Shown: piece after piece, positions 25,945-38,671 of the stretch
How the letters are laid out: every line of letters begins with the position of its first letter
Position numbering within the stretch: the stretch's first letter is position 1
DNA from: Tubiluchus corallicola
Lineage: Eukaryota > Animalia > Priapulida
Assembly: GCA_030141605.1 (NCBI GenBank)
Contig: JAQGDQ010000024.1
Location: forward strand, 1 to 64,000
Length of the DNA stretch: 64,000 nt
Direction of reading: 5' to 3'
Notes under the pieces: generated by a model
What the model saw: only the letters and a program-made list of their open reading frames with translations
Told to the model about the DNA's origin: nothing
Databases searched by the model: none
Made by a program: the position numbers and the translations under genes

Positions 25945-27044
25945 GTAGTTCGTCCTTCATAGTCGAAGAGGACCATGACTTCATTCTGACGCCATAGGAT
26001 GGGTACGGAGGTGGCTTATAAGCCCGATTTTTGCTGAGAACCTCCTCCTGCAGTGAGGACATGAGAATGGTGTATCTTGATAGGCATTGCGTTGTCTGTC
26101 TTTTCGAAGCTGTCTTTTCTCCTGCCTAACTTGGATGCGCCTGGACTCATAGTTGCTCACTCCCGATTTGATGAGGGACCGCCAACGTGATCTCTCCTGT
26201 GCCACATCTTCCCAGGAGTCGACATTGATGTTGCATTCTTTCAGGCTGGCTTTGAGGGTGTCTTTGTATCTTTTCCGTTGCCCTCCAACTGACCGTTGCC
26301 CTTCTTTCAGCTCGCAGTACATGAGTCTCTTTGGCAGTCTGTGATCTTCCATACGTCGAACATGACCAGCCCATTTCAGTTGTGCTGCCTTAAGCATTGC
26401 ATGAACACTGATGGATTGTGCTCTCTCGAGGACTTCAGTGTCTGGTATGTAGTCCTGCCAGCTGATCTTGAGGAGTCGTCTTAGACAACACAGGTGGAAG
26501 GAGTTTAGTTGTCTGGCATGGCGACTATAGACTGTCCACGACTCGCAGGCATACAGCAGAGATGGAATGACTACAGCATTGTAGACTTTGAGTTTAGTTG
26601 ACAGCTTGATGCCTCGTCTTTCCCAGCATGTTGTTCTTAGGTTTCCAAAGGCTGCACTGGCTCTTGATATTCTGAAGGCTGCTTCATCATCAATGGTAGC
26701 TGATCTTGATAGGGTGCTACCCAAGTAAACGAACTTGTTGGCTGCCGTCAGTTTCTCATTTTTGATAGTGATGGTTGGTTCTACATATGTGCTGTCAGGG
26801 GCAGGCTGAAGTAGGACCTCTGTCTTTTTTGTGTTAATAGTGAGGCCAAAATCATCGCATGCCTGTGCAAAGAGGTTAACACTTTCCTGCATGTCTTGCT
26901 CTGAGGTGGCATTGAGAGCGCAGTCGTCTGCAAATAAGAGGTCACGGATGGTGTCTTCTTTGACTTTGGTCTTGGCCTGCAGTCTGCGAAGATTGAAAAG
27001 TTTTCCATCTGTCCTGTAACGGATGTCAATACGGACTTTCTGAC
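25945..27044 (-). mobile_element. 5'-truncated RTE-clade LINE, right copy with intact FADD motif
   Basis: Continuous frame ...KEDTIRDLLFADDCALNATSEQDMQESV... to the stop at 25981. Confidence 0.93.
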
Positions 27045-27820
27045 TAACACTACCAAGTGTTATTAATTGTTAGTATCTGTTAGGCCTGCTCACAGGAACA
27101 TTTTGGCCTATGTAATTAACACTACCGAGTGTTATTAAGTGTTAGTATCTGTTAGGCGTGCTCACAGGAACATTTTGGCCTACGTAATTAACACTACCGT
27201 GTGTTATTAATTGTTAGTATCTGTTAGGCCTGCTCATAGGAACATTTTGGCCTACGTAATTAACACTACCAAGTGTTATTAAGTGTTAGTATCTGTTAGG
27301 CATGCTCACAGGAACATTTTGGCCTACGTAATTAACACTACCGAGTGTTATTAAGTGTTAATAGCTGTTAGGCCTGCTCACAGGAACATTTTGTCCTACG
27401 TAATTAGCACTACCGAGTGTTATTAAGTGTTAATAGCTGTTAGGCATGCTCACAGGAACATTTTGGCCTACGTAATTAACACTACCGAGTGTTATTAAGT
27501 GTTAATAGCTGTTAGGCCTGCTCACAGGAACATTTTGTCCTACGTAATTAGCACTACCGAGTGTTATTAAGTGTTAATAGCTGCTAGGCCTGCTCACAGG
27601 AACATTTTGGCCTATGTAATTAACACTACCGAGTGTTATTAAGTGTTAATAGCTGTTAGGCCTGCTCACAGGAACATTTTGGCCTACGTAATTAGCACTA
27701 CCGAGTGTCATTAAGTGTTAATAGCTGCTAGGCCTGCTCACAGGAACATTTTGGCCTATGTAATTAACACTACCGAGTGTTATTAAGTGTTAATAGCTGT
27801 TAGGCCTGCTCACAGGAACA
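27045..27820. repeat. 72-bp minisatellite, ~10.8 units (mirror copy)
   Basis: Arm offset changes by exactly 72 bp across the array. Confidence 0.95.
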
Positions 27821-28136
27821 TTAGTAACAGCAAAATAAAAATAAAATAGTGTTAACAAATTGTAAGTTACTTTTTGGAATCGTGCCAAATTGTACCACCC
27901 CTTAATTAATTTGAAAACACATCTTTATTACAGGTATTGCAGGAAACGTACTGATCAACTGAAGCCATCAAGATTATATTTCAAAATCCGTTATAATCCC
28001 GTACCTTTCCAGTAATAGAAATGTGAAATTTAAGTATTTTCAATACATTAATTGTTATTTAGCTAATAAATATGTAGCTACAAGAAACCTAAGGCTTACT
28101 ATGCTCTATAATGTCTTAGTCACTAATCTCATTAAT

Positions 28137-29678
28137 TTATGCTACACTGAAGCGCCCTAGTCTACTTGCGCTTTTTTCGCTATTCGTCTTCCTTACAATT
28201 TCACCTATCTCTTCGTTTACTTTATCTAACATTTCATCATCCTCATTTTCACTGCCTTCTTCGCAATGTTCTTCACTCAGCTGATCCTTAGCATCTTCTT
28301 TTTCTTCTTCAGTCTCAGCTTCCCACTTTCTCTGAGACTTCCATAACAGCACTTTTTCCAAGCTGCTTGTTGCTGATGCCTGGGCGCATTTGATGAATTC
28401 GGGCAAAACCCGATGAGCTTCGGTAATTCCGCAAAATATCTGTGCATTCACTCCATACATATGTGAAAGAGCCGGATCAGATTTGGACAGATCGTAACTT
28501 CGCTGAAAATATGCAGCCGCTTCGGAAAAGTTTCCCACTAAATTATTGACGATACCTAGTCTGTAACAGGCACTTGTCATAGCCTCCGTTTTGTGTGTTG
28601 ATTCGGCGATTGTGAGACATTCCTCCAACTGTTTCATAGCTTCTGTCATGTCACCGGCATATTCGTATGCTTCAGCGAGCGCATCACATGCAACACATCT
28701 TCCACTGTGGTCACCAATCTTTGTACAGATGTCCTTGTAATGCGTGAGGTGTTGAATGGCAGTGGTTGTCTCATCGCGACCGAGGTATGCCTTGCCTAAC
28801 TTATAACTTGCTCGACCCAGAGGTGACAATGTGACCGCCTCTCTGGCCATTTCTGCTGCTTTTGTGAGATACTGGAGGGCAGCATCTGAATCCCCGGAAG
28901 CTGATGAATCTTCTGCCAAGAGAATGTAAATGTCAGTTAAGTATTCACTAGCCATATCGTGCAGAAGATAGCCGTTCTTATCCTCCCAGTACTGACCTTC
29001 GGTCAGGGCGTAAAATGTCTCAAAGTGCGATTTTGCCGCCGCATAACGACGCTGAGACTTGAAGTATTGACCAAGTTCAGCATTTGCTTCTGCTACCTGT
29101 TGGCTGCTAACATGTTTGGCAATCTCTTTACTAGTGCGCAAACACAGGTCAAGGAAGTAGTCTTCCAGCCATGTGTCTCCCGTTTCCCTGAAGTGCATGC
29201 CCAGCTGATGGTACGATCTGTACTCCGCTTCATAGTCGTTTCTCCTTCTGGCAATCTCTGCATTACTAAGCTGCTCACAGAGAATGTCCAACTTTTCGTG
29301 TTCGGAAGGTAACAGCGGTTTGAAATGCATGGGTGAATCAGGTCCTTCGTTGGCACGATCTTTCTCCTGTTTCTTAACAAGATCAATAATGTCCGAGGCA
29401 GCCTCGTGAAACCCATCACACAGCCTAGTGACAATCAGGTTGTGCAAGTAGGTATTACGAGTTTTGGCAACTTCCTTATCTGTCAGCAAATTTGGCAGGT
29501 ACTCTTTTTCACTTCTCACGTCTTTCTTTGTGAACTTTGGCAATTTTATTTTCGGTTTTTGTTTACGTAACCCCGTCGGCGGTTTCAACGACATTCCATG
29601 GTGAGTGCAGTAAGTAGCATTAAATGGAGGACTCAATGTCTGGTACCTCCGCGAAACAGATGGCAAAAATTGTGTCAT
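28137..29678 (-). CDS. TTC29: Tetratricopeptide repeat protein 29 homolog, complete intronless right copy (513 aa)
   Basis: ATG at 29678 in a strong Kozak context (GACCACCATG). N-terminus MTQFLPSV resembles TTC29 MTTLPPL. Uninterrupted ORF with the same motif matches as the left copy. Confidence 0.9.
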   Translation of the reverse strand: MTQFLPSVSRRYQTLSPPFNATYCTHHGMSLKPPTGLRKQKPKIKLPKFTKKDVRSEKEYLPNLLTDKEVAKTRNTYLHNLIVTRLCDGFHEAASDIIDLVKKQEKDRANEGPDSPMHFKPLLPSEHEKLDILCEQLSNAEIARRRNDYEAEYRSYHQLGMHFRETGDTWLEDYFLDLCLRTSKEIAKHVSSQQVAEANAELGQYFKSQRRYAAAKSHFETFYALTEGQYWEDKNGYLLHDMASEYLTDIYILLAEDSSASGDSDAALQYLTKAAEMAREAVTLSPLGRASYKLGKAYLGRDETTTAIQHLTHYKDICTKIGDHSGRCVACDALAEAYEYAGDMTEAMKQLEECLTIAESTHKTEAMTSACYRLGIVNNLVGNFSEAAAYFQRSYDLSKSDPALSHMYGVNAQIFCGITEAHRVLPEFIKCAQASATSSLEKVLLWKSQRKWEAETEEEKEDAKDQLSEEHCEEGSENEDDEMLDKVNEEIGEIVRKTNSEKSASRLGRFSVA

Positions 29679-30159
29679 GGTGGTCGAATCTTTCCAGAAC
29701 AATTTAAGTCAACTTTTCCAATGCTTTACAGCAGGGATGACCATCATTAAAATGATTGCACCAATTAAAACTACTAGTCTAGTGAAACTTTACCGCAACG
29801 ACAGTGTTTTACACAGGTATTATAAGTTACAAGGTTTTCATTAAAACTTGTGAGTAAAATTTTACTTAAATGGCATGCTTTGTCAGCGGAACACAGTTTG
29901 GAAGTTTGCAAGAAATAACAAAACACGGCCACAAAGAAGGCAAGAAGACTCTGCAAGTTTCATTTGTTCCATTATTGGCTTCTTCTTGGCAAGCAATACC
30001 TACAAAACCAAATTTTAGTTTTTACCTCTAGAATTATGAAATAGGCTTAAGTCTAGAACTCCAGATAAAATGCCAAATGTTTTGCGAAGACATCAAGTAA
30101 CCGCTTAGTAGTAACAACAGTAGCAGCAGGCATTGTCGCCATAATAACAATAGTAGTAG

Positions 30160-30641
<482 letters not shown>

Positions 30642-31404
30642 AGTAGTAATAGTAATCAAGGTAGTAGTAATTGCATGACATTTGATCTAAACGATTAAAC
30701 TTTAAAGTCTTGATCACAACACCAGATGTGCTCTAGTGATATGCAACAACAAGCAAGAAATAATTCAATTGTAGATTTTTTTGGTCGACCTCCCAGACGA
30801 CGAATATCAAAACCTGCCTAGCAAAGGTTTAGAGGAGTTTTTGCTGGTAATAAACATCACATGCAGAAAACATACAGAAAGCAAATAGATCACACAACCT
30901 AACATCCTTTTCTCGTTTTGGTGCTTTTTTGCCAAATTATTTGATTAAAAACTGGACACGAGCAAACATGTTTTTTGAAATTTCATGCACACGCACGTAA
31001 ACGTAAATAGGAAGATTGGACAGACAGTCATCCTGCAACATTTCCTGTTAAATTGATGATAAATGTGTATAATTTTGCTAACTAGAGTTCGTCTAGCATA
31101 ATGAGAAATGTTATACATGTGAAAATATTATGTCTCTAAAGAAAAAATGGAATGGAAATTATGCATTTTGTTTACTCTGTCCTATAAATTAGACATTACA
31201 TATCCAAGGTTTAACGAAAATAGGGAGACAAAAGTAGATAGAGAAGCGAAAGAAAAGAGAGGACGGAAAAGAGAAGAGAAAGGGGATAGAAGGAGAATGA
31301 GCAAAGTGAGGAAGAAGAAGAATAAAGAGATAAGAGACAAAGAAAAAACCGAACAGCAACAGTTTTTGTTAAATACCTTGCTCCCAAATTGTTACTGATA
31401 GCAA

Positions 31405-31560
31405 CATGACATAGACATAGACATAGAACATTTATTTTCTCCAATTTGTTTGACATGACAAGTTTTTTAAATATTACTTAATTATAGTCGTGGAGCAGGG
31501 CAGGGAAGGACCATAAGGTCATCTAGTCTCCTGCCCTGTCTTATAATTAAATTAGTATAT
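31405..31560 (-). mobile_element. Retroposon-like 3' end with (TATGTC)n tail
   Basis: About 100 bp similar to 10555-10660, including AATAAA and the tail. Confidence 0.55.
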
Positions 31561-32187
31561 TAAAAATAAATGGTGAGACTGCGGATAACAAAATCAGATA
31601 ATAAAAAATAATAATAATAAACAGTTTAAATGAAAACAAAAAATAATAAAGTTAGATGACACCTAAATCTAAACAAAACAATACAATTAATCAGTAATTA
31701 TGATTATTATATATATTTTCAAATAGGGGCCTTATTGACAGGGGAATTTGACCAAGGTTAGTGAGTAAAGTTATGACAATTTACATAGAGATACCTGTCA
31801 ATGCGTATCTGCCTTTGCAACTCGCATCTAGACCTATATCAAGTTGCTGTAAAAATACGATGTTCTACATTCACATTATTGAAGTATAATTGCGCACAAT
31901 TCTCAGCTTTCATTCACATTAAAGTTTTACAAAAACAGCACGATTTCGTTGAAGCTTGTTTTGTTTCTCCGTCGCTGTGTACACGTTGCCTTGGCAATAC
32001 AGCGTTGTACGGTAGCGCAGTAGCGACAACTAGCAAAAACTGCAGCAGACTGGGGCTACAATGAATAAAATTGATTCAAGTGCAGTTAAAATAAAATAAC
32101 TAAGATTTAATCATGTCCACTGTTAATAATAATGCCCATAATAGTATATTTTCATGTTTTACGCCTCACTGTTATATAGCAAACCTA

Positions 32188-32189
<2 letters not shown>

Positions 32190-32232
<43 letters not shown>

Positions 32233-32650
32233 CTTTATTTGCTATTAAAATACATTGATAATCACTGATAAAAACTTTACAGAGATGATCAATCAGTGTT
32301 AGTTAATAAAAACTTACACTGCTAAAGGCACAGGCGTCAGTGCAATCTAAACTACTGTGTAGTAATGGAAAGTAACGACGAATAAAATCAAACATATTTA
32401 CAACTATGCACAAAAAATGAAAAAAAAACTATGACTTAATTAATATGGCCGTGGGTATGTGAATTCTGTCTGAATTAGTGTGTATGTTGTCGTACTGGTG
32501 TGATGGTATTTCATATCTGGTTAATATTAGTGATTTTAATTTTGTTTTAAATGCTGATAGGGACTTGATTTCTTTAACCTGTAATGGTAGAGAATTCCAA
32601 AGTGGAACTGCTTGTTTGATATATGTATGAACTATGGTATATCTAAACTA
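32190..32650 (-). mobile_element. CR1/L2-type LINE 3' fragment ending in (TA)n
   Basis: Minus strand reads YIKQAVPLWNSLPLQVKEIKSLSAFKTKLKSL, a typical LINE ORF2 C-terminus, followed by an AT-rich UTR and (TA)n. Confidence 0.7.
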
Positions 32651-34308
32651 GTTATGTGCACAAAGTAAACTATATACGAATTTACTAAGCAACATACAAC
32701 AGCGATAATTCTCTTATTTAAACCCCTATTCTTTCAACCCCACAGTATTTTGAGAGTCAGGTTAGTATATTTGTAATGATGCTGTACATAACGTTGTTTA
32801 GACACCAGTATTAAAGGAAGTAGCGATATCACTATCTTTGTTTACCATAAGTTGACCTACGTCTAAACACAGTTTAAATCATTTTTTCCAAAATTTGCTT
32901 CCTATTATATATCTTACTGTTTGTTATTCATTGAATTATTGATAACTTTTTGTTTCTTTTAATGTATTAATTGTGTATTTGTGTTGATGTGAAATAAATA
33001 ATAAATAATAAACAATAAACAATGTATGTTATCCAGTTGCCATGTTCCATGAATGTTGAAACGAACCCTATAATAATTATTTTCAAGCAACATTCAAGCA
33101 GTATAAATGAAATGTGAAAACCCTGGCAGAGCCTAGATTTGAACCGGATAATGTTTAGATCCAATTAAAGATCCATTGTCATAAATCGTTAGATCACATA
33201 GCCTATTGTGATAAAAACTATAAGGTCAAAACAATAACAACTCGCCAGTCAGTCCAAAGGCTAGGAAGCCATTCCCAATTCGGAAGTGGTCTAATTGTAA
33301 TATCAATATTTTAATGCACAAAAGTCATAAGTCATTTATTTCACCTTACACATTTACATTAGTTTCATGTACAATATCTAGTGAAAGGGCCTACAATGGA
33401 TATAATACAAATAAGAAATACTGCACAGAAAAAGCCTCAAACACTGTTCACTTATACACGAAGGTAAATGTGTTGCGGGCAATCAAAAAGCAGGGTTTGT
33501 TAGATTGTCCCACACAGTGATAGAAAAAATTAGTGGATATAATCTGAAATTTTAAAGTGAATCGTATGATAAAGAAAACAGTAGTGCTTAAAATGGAATG
33601 ATGTAATGAATGAAGCTCATATATGGGATGATATAAAAGATAGAAAGACCATTATTTGTTAATAGTATGTAAAATTAAAATAACTTGATTAAGCTACTTT
33701 TTGTGCCCAGCAAAAGCGCCAAAATACTGTTCACGCAGGAAGAACAAAAAAACAAACAGACAACTAAAACTATGTAGGCCTACACGGGCGTATTGTTTAT
33801 CATTGCCGTATACTGATAGAAAATTTATAGCGACATTACGATGGTGGAATGGTTAGTATCTCGACCACGTGTAAATATTTACTGCTTCGCGCAAAGTTTC
33901 TTTACTACTGAAACAACAAATCAAACGCTGATTAATTCATATCCGGTTGAAATCAGGTGGGATTACTTTGGTATCGACGTCCTCCCCCCCTCCCCCTCCC
34001 CCGCCCCCGCAGTGTTGAGTCATGTAAACTAAATTGTAAGAAAGCTCGTACAGTGTCAAAAGGGCTTGCTAGTTAAACGGGAGGAGAGGCAATTCCTGCT
34101 TCAATGACTTATGTAACTAGAAAAGAAAATTCTTAGTAATTTAAAACAATTGGTAAAACGTCACTGATTCGACTTCCCAGTATGCACTGCTGACTCACCG
34201 AGAAAACATTGTTAATTTTGTTAACAAGTAAAGTAATTTAATGCTTTTCATTGTTTTTCCTATCTATATTCCTATATATCTATACATATACATAGAGATA
34301 TGAAGGAG

Positions 34309-34358
<50 letters not shown>

Positions 34359-34699
34359 TATAAATATAAAATAAATTATTATACTCATATATATTATATT
34401 TATTAATAATATACTTATTATTATACTTATATACTAAATTATCATTAAATTATTATATTTTATTATTATAAAAATATAATAATTATTATAAAATATATAA
34501 TATAAAATTTAATATAAATAAACATACATAAAACTATATATTTGTATATAGAGTTAGTGAAGTGTTTACTAGGAATGCTATGGTTATTCTTTCAAACTTT
34601 ACCCAGCATTAGTCTCCACTTGTTTGAACGACCAATGGGAATTCAAAATGGCCGCGTCTAGCGTTTATTGTGGAAGTTCTAGCTATCAAGTTTAAATAA

Positions 34700-35260
34700 A
34701 GATCTTATCTTATCTCATCTCCTGTCCTGTCCTGGAGTGTGCACCAAGAGAGTCAGTTATTGATCACATTGATGGAGCTGCAGCGTCAACTGTGGCTGAG
34801 CAATCCGATCCTTGAACCACTGGAGTGGCCTCTTCAGGATGCATGCCTGGGCAAGGTGTATGGAGATCCTGAGTAGCCCAGACAACAGGAACCCCCTCTC
34901 TTCCTCCCTGGTGTAGTCCAAAGGAAAGCGCAGCGACACGTTTGGCACCAGGTTGATTGCAGGAGCTGCCGGAGTCAGTGAGCATGCTGCACTGGTCCGC
35001 CTTCGGGGCTCCACTCCTGATTTGGAAGGTTTACTCCTCTACACATGGCCGTTGGGTCACTTGACCTCCTCCGCCCTCTAGCCATTGGCTGCTTGTGCAG
35101 CTCCTCCGCCTAGTGTCAAGATACAGGGTGGACATCCCGCAAGCCTACAGCACCTGGTATTCCTAGGCGGTCACCCATCCAAGTACTAACCAGGTTCTAC
35201 GATGCTTAACTTCTTTGATCAGACAAAAAACCGGTTTTTTTCAACATGATATGGCCGTAG
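34700..35260 (-). mobile_element. 5S rRNA-derived SINE-like element (~560 bp)
   Basis: A 5S head runs without an oligo-T terminator into a GC-rich ~420-bp body and a (GGACA)2...(GATAA)n tail, all in AT-rich flanks. Confidence 0.75.
35141..35260 (-). pseudogene. Degenerate 5S rRNA sequence (SINE head)
   Basis: Minus strand CTACGGCCATATCATGTTGAA...GAAGTTAAGCA...GGTTAGTACTTGGATGGGTGACCGCCTAGGAATACCAGGTGCTGTAGGCTT matches animal 5S rRNA with several substitutions. Confidence 0.9.
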
Positions 35261-35677
35261 TGAGAAATTAGTTATTAAATTATTTTTAAAAATGAATATA
35301 AAATATTGCATTTATTGTAATTAAAAATGCCCGCCAATACAGTAGCCCGCAGTTCAAAAGGGAGGCTTGCACTTGGTTAACGTTGACGGAGCACTTTGAG
35401 TTTAGCTTCGAAAAACGTGGACAAACTGTACTAAAGATTTTTCAAACCTACGCGGCGTGCATTATAATAAGCGCAATAAAGAGCTTCATTAAGCAAAAAT
35501 AGCTGCAGTAAGGATTCTCGTTAGACATATTTTGTTATTTTGTATTGACCGCTAGAAACGGAATAGTAAAACTTCTGCGAAACAGAATTCTTTTATTTTA
35601 GTAAACAAGCGTTAGTCTTCTGCTTGTAAATCTGCTGATTTTTCAGTAACTTGAGGCAAATTTATATCTTGACTATC

Positions 35678-35890
35678 AGGGCTGTGGTGTCGGAGTCGTG
35701 GAGTCAGAGTCGTGGATTCAGAATTGTGGAGTCAGAGTCATGGAGTCAGAGTCGCAATCGTGGAATCGGAGTCGCGGAGTCGTGGAGTCGGAGTTGTGGA
35801 GTCAGAGTCATGGAGTCATGGAGTCATGGAGTCAGAGTCGCAATCGTGGAATCGGAGTCGCGTAGTCGGAGTCGGAGTCATGGAGTCTAG
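35678..35890. repeat. GGAGTC-based tandem tract following a CAGGGCTG terminus (likely a DNA-transposon end)
   Basis: CAGGGCTGTGGTGTCGGAGTCGTGGAGTCAGAGTC...; no matching right TIR found. Confidence 0.55.
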
Positions 35891-35904
35891 TAGTGGGCTT
35901 GGAG

Positions 35905-36697
35905 TACACCTAATGCTACTCGGCTAAGGGCTTGACATGCTGTCAAGATTGCACTTATTGCTACTCGGTCAGGGCTTGACATGCCGCCAAGATTGCACCT
36001 ATTGCTACTCTGTCAGGGTATGACATGCCGTCAAGATTGCACATGTTGCTACTCGGTCAGGACTTGACATGCCGCCAAGATTGCATCTATTGCTACTCGG
36101 CCAGGGCTTGACATAGCGCCAAAATTGCACCTATTACTACTCGGTCAGGGCTTGACATGCCGTTAAGATTGCACCTATTACTACTCGGTCAGGGCTTGAC
36201 ATGCCGTTAAGATTGCACCTATTACTACTCGGTCAGGGCTTGACATGCCAATAAGATTGCACCTATTGCTACTCGGTCAGGGCTTGACATGCCGCAAAGA
36301 TTGCGCCTATTGCTACTCGGTCAGGGTTTGACATGCTGCCAAAATTGCACCTATTACTACTCGGTCAGGGCTTGACATGCCGTTAAGATTGCACCTATTA
36401 CTACTCGGTCAGGGCTTGACATGCCGTTAAGATTGCACCTATTACTACTCGGTCAGGGCTTGACATGCCAATAAGATTGCACCTATTGCTACTCGGTCAG
36501 GGCTTGACATGCCGCAAAGATTGCACCTATTGCTACTCGGTCAGGGCTTGACATGCCGCCAAGATTGCACCTATTGCTACTCGGTCAGGGCTTGACATGC
36601 CGCCAAGATTGCACCTATTGCTACTCGGTCATTGTCTGACAAGCTGTCAAGATTGCACCTATTGCTACTCGGTCATTGTATGACATGCTGTCAAGGT
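35905..36697. repeat. 44-bp minisatellite, ~18 units
   Basis: Unit ATTGCACCTATTGCTACTCGGTCAGGGCTTGACATGCCGCCAAG, with a 220-bp higher-order block at 36121 and 36341. Confidence 0.95.
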
Positions 36698-37445
36698 TGA
36701 TTACTAGCAAATAGCATTTAATCATGTGTTAGACTGGCTATAAAAATCCACAATTTTACACATATTGCAACCATCAACGGTCCAGCAAAGTTTGAAAATT
36801 GATTTACTGAATTGAACAATCACATACAACAGCATGGTTTATCAGCATTATAGCCTTTACACCTATTCGAAGATTTTTCTGTCCATTTGATGTTTTTTAA
36901 AGACAATAAACAGAATTATCAATACTTAATTATCGATACCTTTATCAAGTAGTTTGGTTGGCTCATTTCAGTGCTAGTGTTGTTGTTCATTTCTTTCACT
37001 GATTTATTATTTATGTTTTATTTTTTCTTTTTGTTTGACTTCTTTCTAGTTTGTTTATGTTTTAATCGGTTAGCTAAATGCTTTACATATTTTGTTAATC
37101 ATCATTTCATATTTTTCATTTTATTTTAATGCTTCTTTGTTGCATAGCCTATCTAGTTATTTCGCTCTCAAGTTTAATTTCTTCCCCCATAAATTTATGT
37201 TAACAGTTAATTTTCTTAACTCACTTCATAATTATGTTACACCTTTTAATTAGCAGCTCTACAATTTTTTTACAAGTTACACTAATCTGAGAAGGGTAGC
37301 TGACTTTATAACCAATTGATCTTTCGCTACACTTTTTCCTGCACCCCCTTAACTCTTTCCTTTATGCATAATTTATCCTTTTTAATTAATAACTATAACA
37401 ATAATAGTCTACATGTATTCTGGTGTAAATGAGGAGATAAATAAA

Positions 37446-37790
37446 ATGTCTATGTCTATGTCTATGTCTATGTCTATGTCTATGTCTATGTCTATGTCTA
37501 TGTCTATGTCTATGTCTATGTCTATGTCTATGTCTATGTCTATGTCTATGTCTATGTCTATGTCTATGTCTATGTCTATGTCTATGTCATGTCATGTCAT
37601 GTCATGTCATGTCATGTCATGTCATGTCATGTCATGTCTGTCTATGTCTATGTCTATGTCTATGTCTATGTCTATGTCTATGTCTATGTCTATGTCTATG
37701 TCTATGTCTATGTCTATGTCTATGTCCATGTCCATGTCCATGTCCATGTCCATGTCCATGTCTATGTCTATGTTTATGTCTATGTCTATA
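37446..37790. repeat. (ATGTCT)n/(ATGTC)n/(ATGTCC)n compound microsatellite
   Basis: Starts directly after GGAGATAAATAAA. Confidence 0.93.
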
Positions 37791-38671
37791 GTGGACTTAC
37801 TTTTGAATATTTCTTTACCATCTTTTGTGTCAATGTGACCTGAAACTGTTCTTTGCAAAATTCTATCATGCATTTACCGTAATTCGATACAACATCTGAC
37901 ATTCGACACAAACGGCTACTTCAAAAGTAAATATTTGCGAAGAACAGTTATGTCCTAATTTTAATTTTATAGGCGAGGAATAGCTAAATAGTCACGGTGT
38001 GCGCTTAGCAGTTGAAGTTAGGCAACACTGGACCCGGAATCTCTTTTGCAATATTCGCAATTTCCTTGACTTTGGTCACAAGCGGTACAAGCACTCCCTA
38101 GATCCCGTGCAGGCATCACTCTACATCAGTCGGCCCGTTACGTCCGCATCTCACGACGACTCATACATTTTTATTTGTTTTTCTACTTGCGTCGGCAGAT
38201 CCTGTTTAATGGCAAGCTTGACAATTATTATCTGAACGGTTTAGATAATAAAGGTGCGCTCACACTGCATAGTTTTCAACGCCCAGCGGCAGTTCCTGTT
38301 GTGCCGGATGCGTGAGTTCATTCGCCCAACTACGCAGACCAAACGGAATATTAACCCTGGCGAAAAACTCACCATAACAGATGCCTGACTGTCTAGCTGA
38401 TCCTCAGTAAAATTATAGTTGCAATTAATTTGCTTTTGGGGTTACCCACGTGCGATGTAACCTTATAAAGCATATGTTTCGCCGTGATGCTGGTCTCGTT
38501 GACGTTGTTGTTCGTTATTAATTAGTTAATTATTCAGTATATACATACATAAACGTACACACATACATACATACACTGAAAATGGGATTAGGTAATTGAA
38601 TCATAATAATAAGCATAATAAGAAAAATAATAGTCTTTTTGTGGGGCAGGGGGGTAGATAACCCTACTATT

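Larger units (their letters stand above)
15589..29524. repeat. Right arm of the giant inverted duplication
   Basis: Mirror of 1-14065. The outer boundary cannot be set because its partner sequence lies left of the window. Confidence 0.97.

Noticed and set aside
29679-29702. ORF-track N-terminal extensions of TTC29 and of the LRR gene (50626-50661)
   Set aside because: They start at TTG. The eukaryotic ATG starts at 29678 and 50662 have better context.
35141-35260. Functional 5S rRNA gene
   Set aside because: Single copy, several substitutions, an internal T6 run, no 3' terminator, and fused to a SINE-like body.
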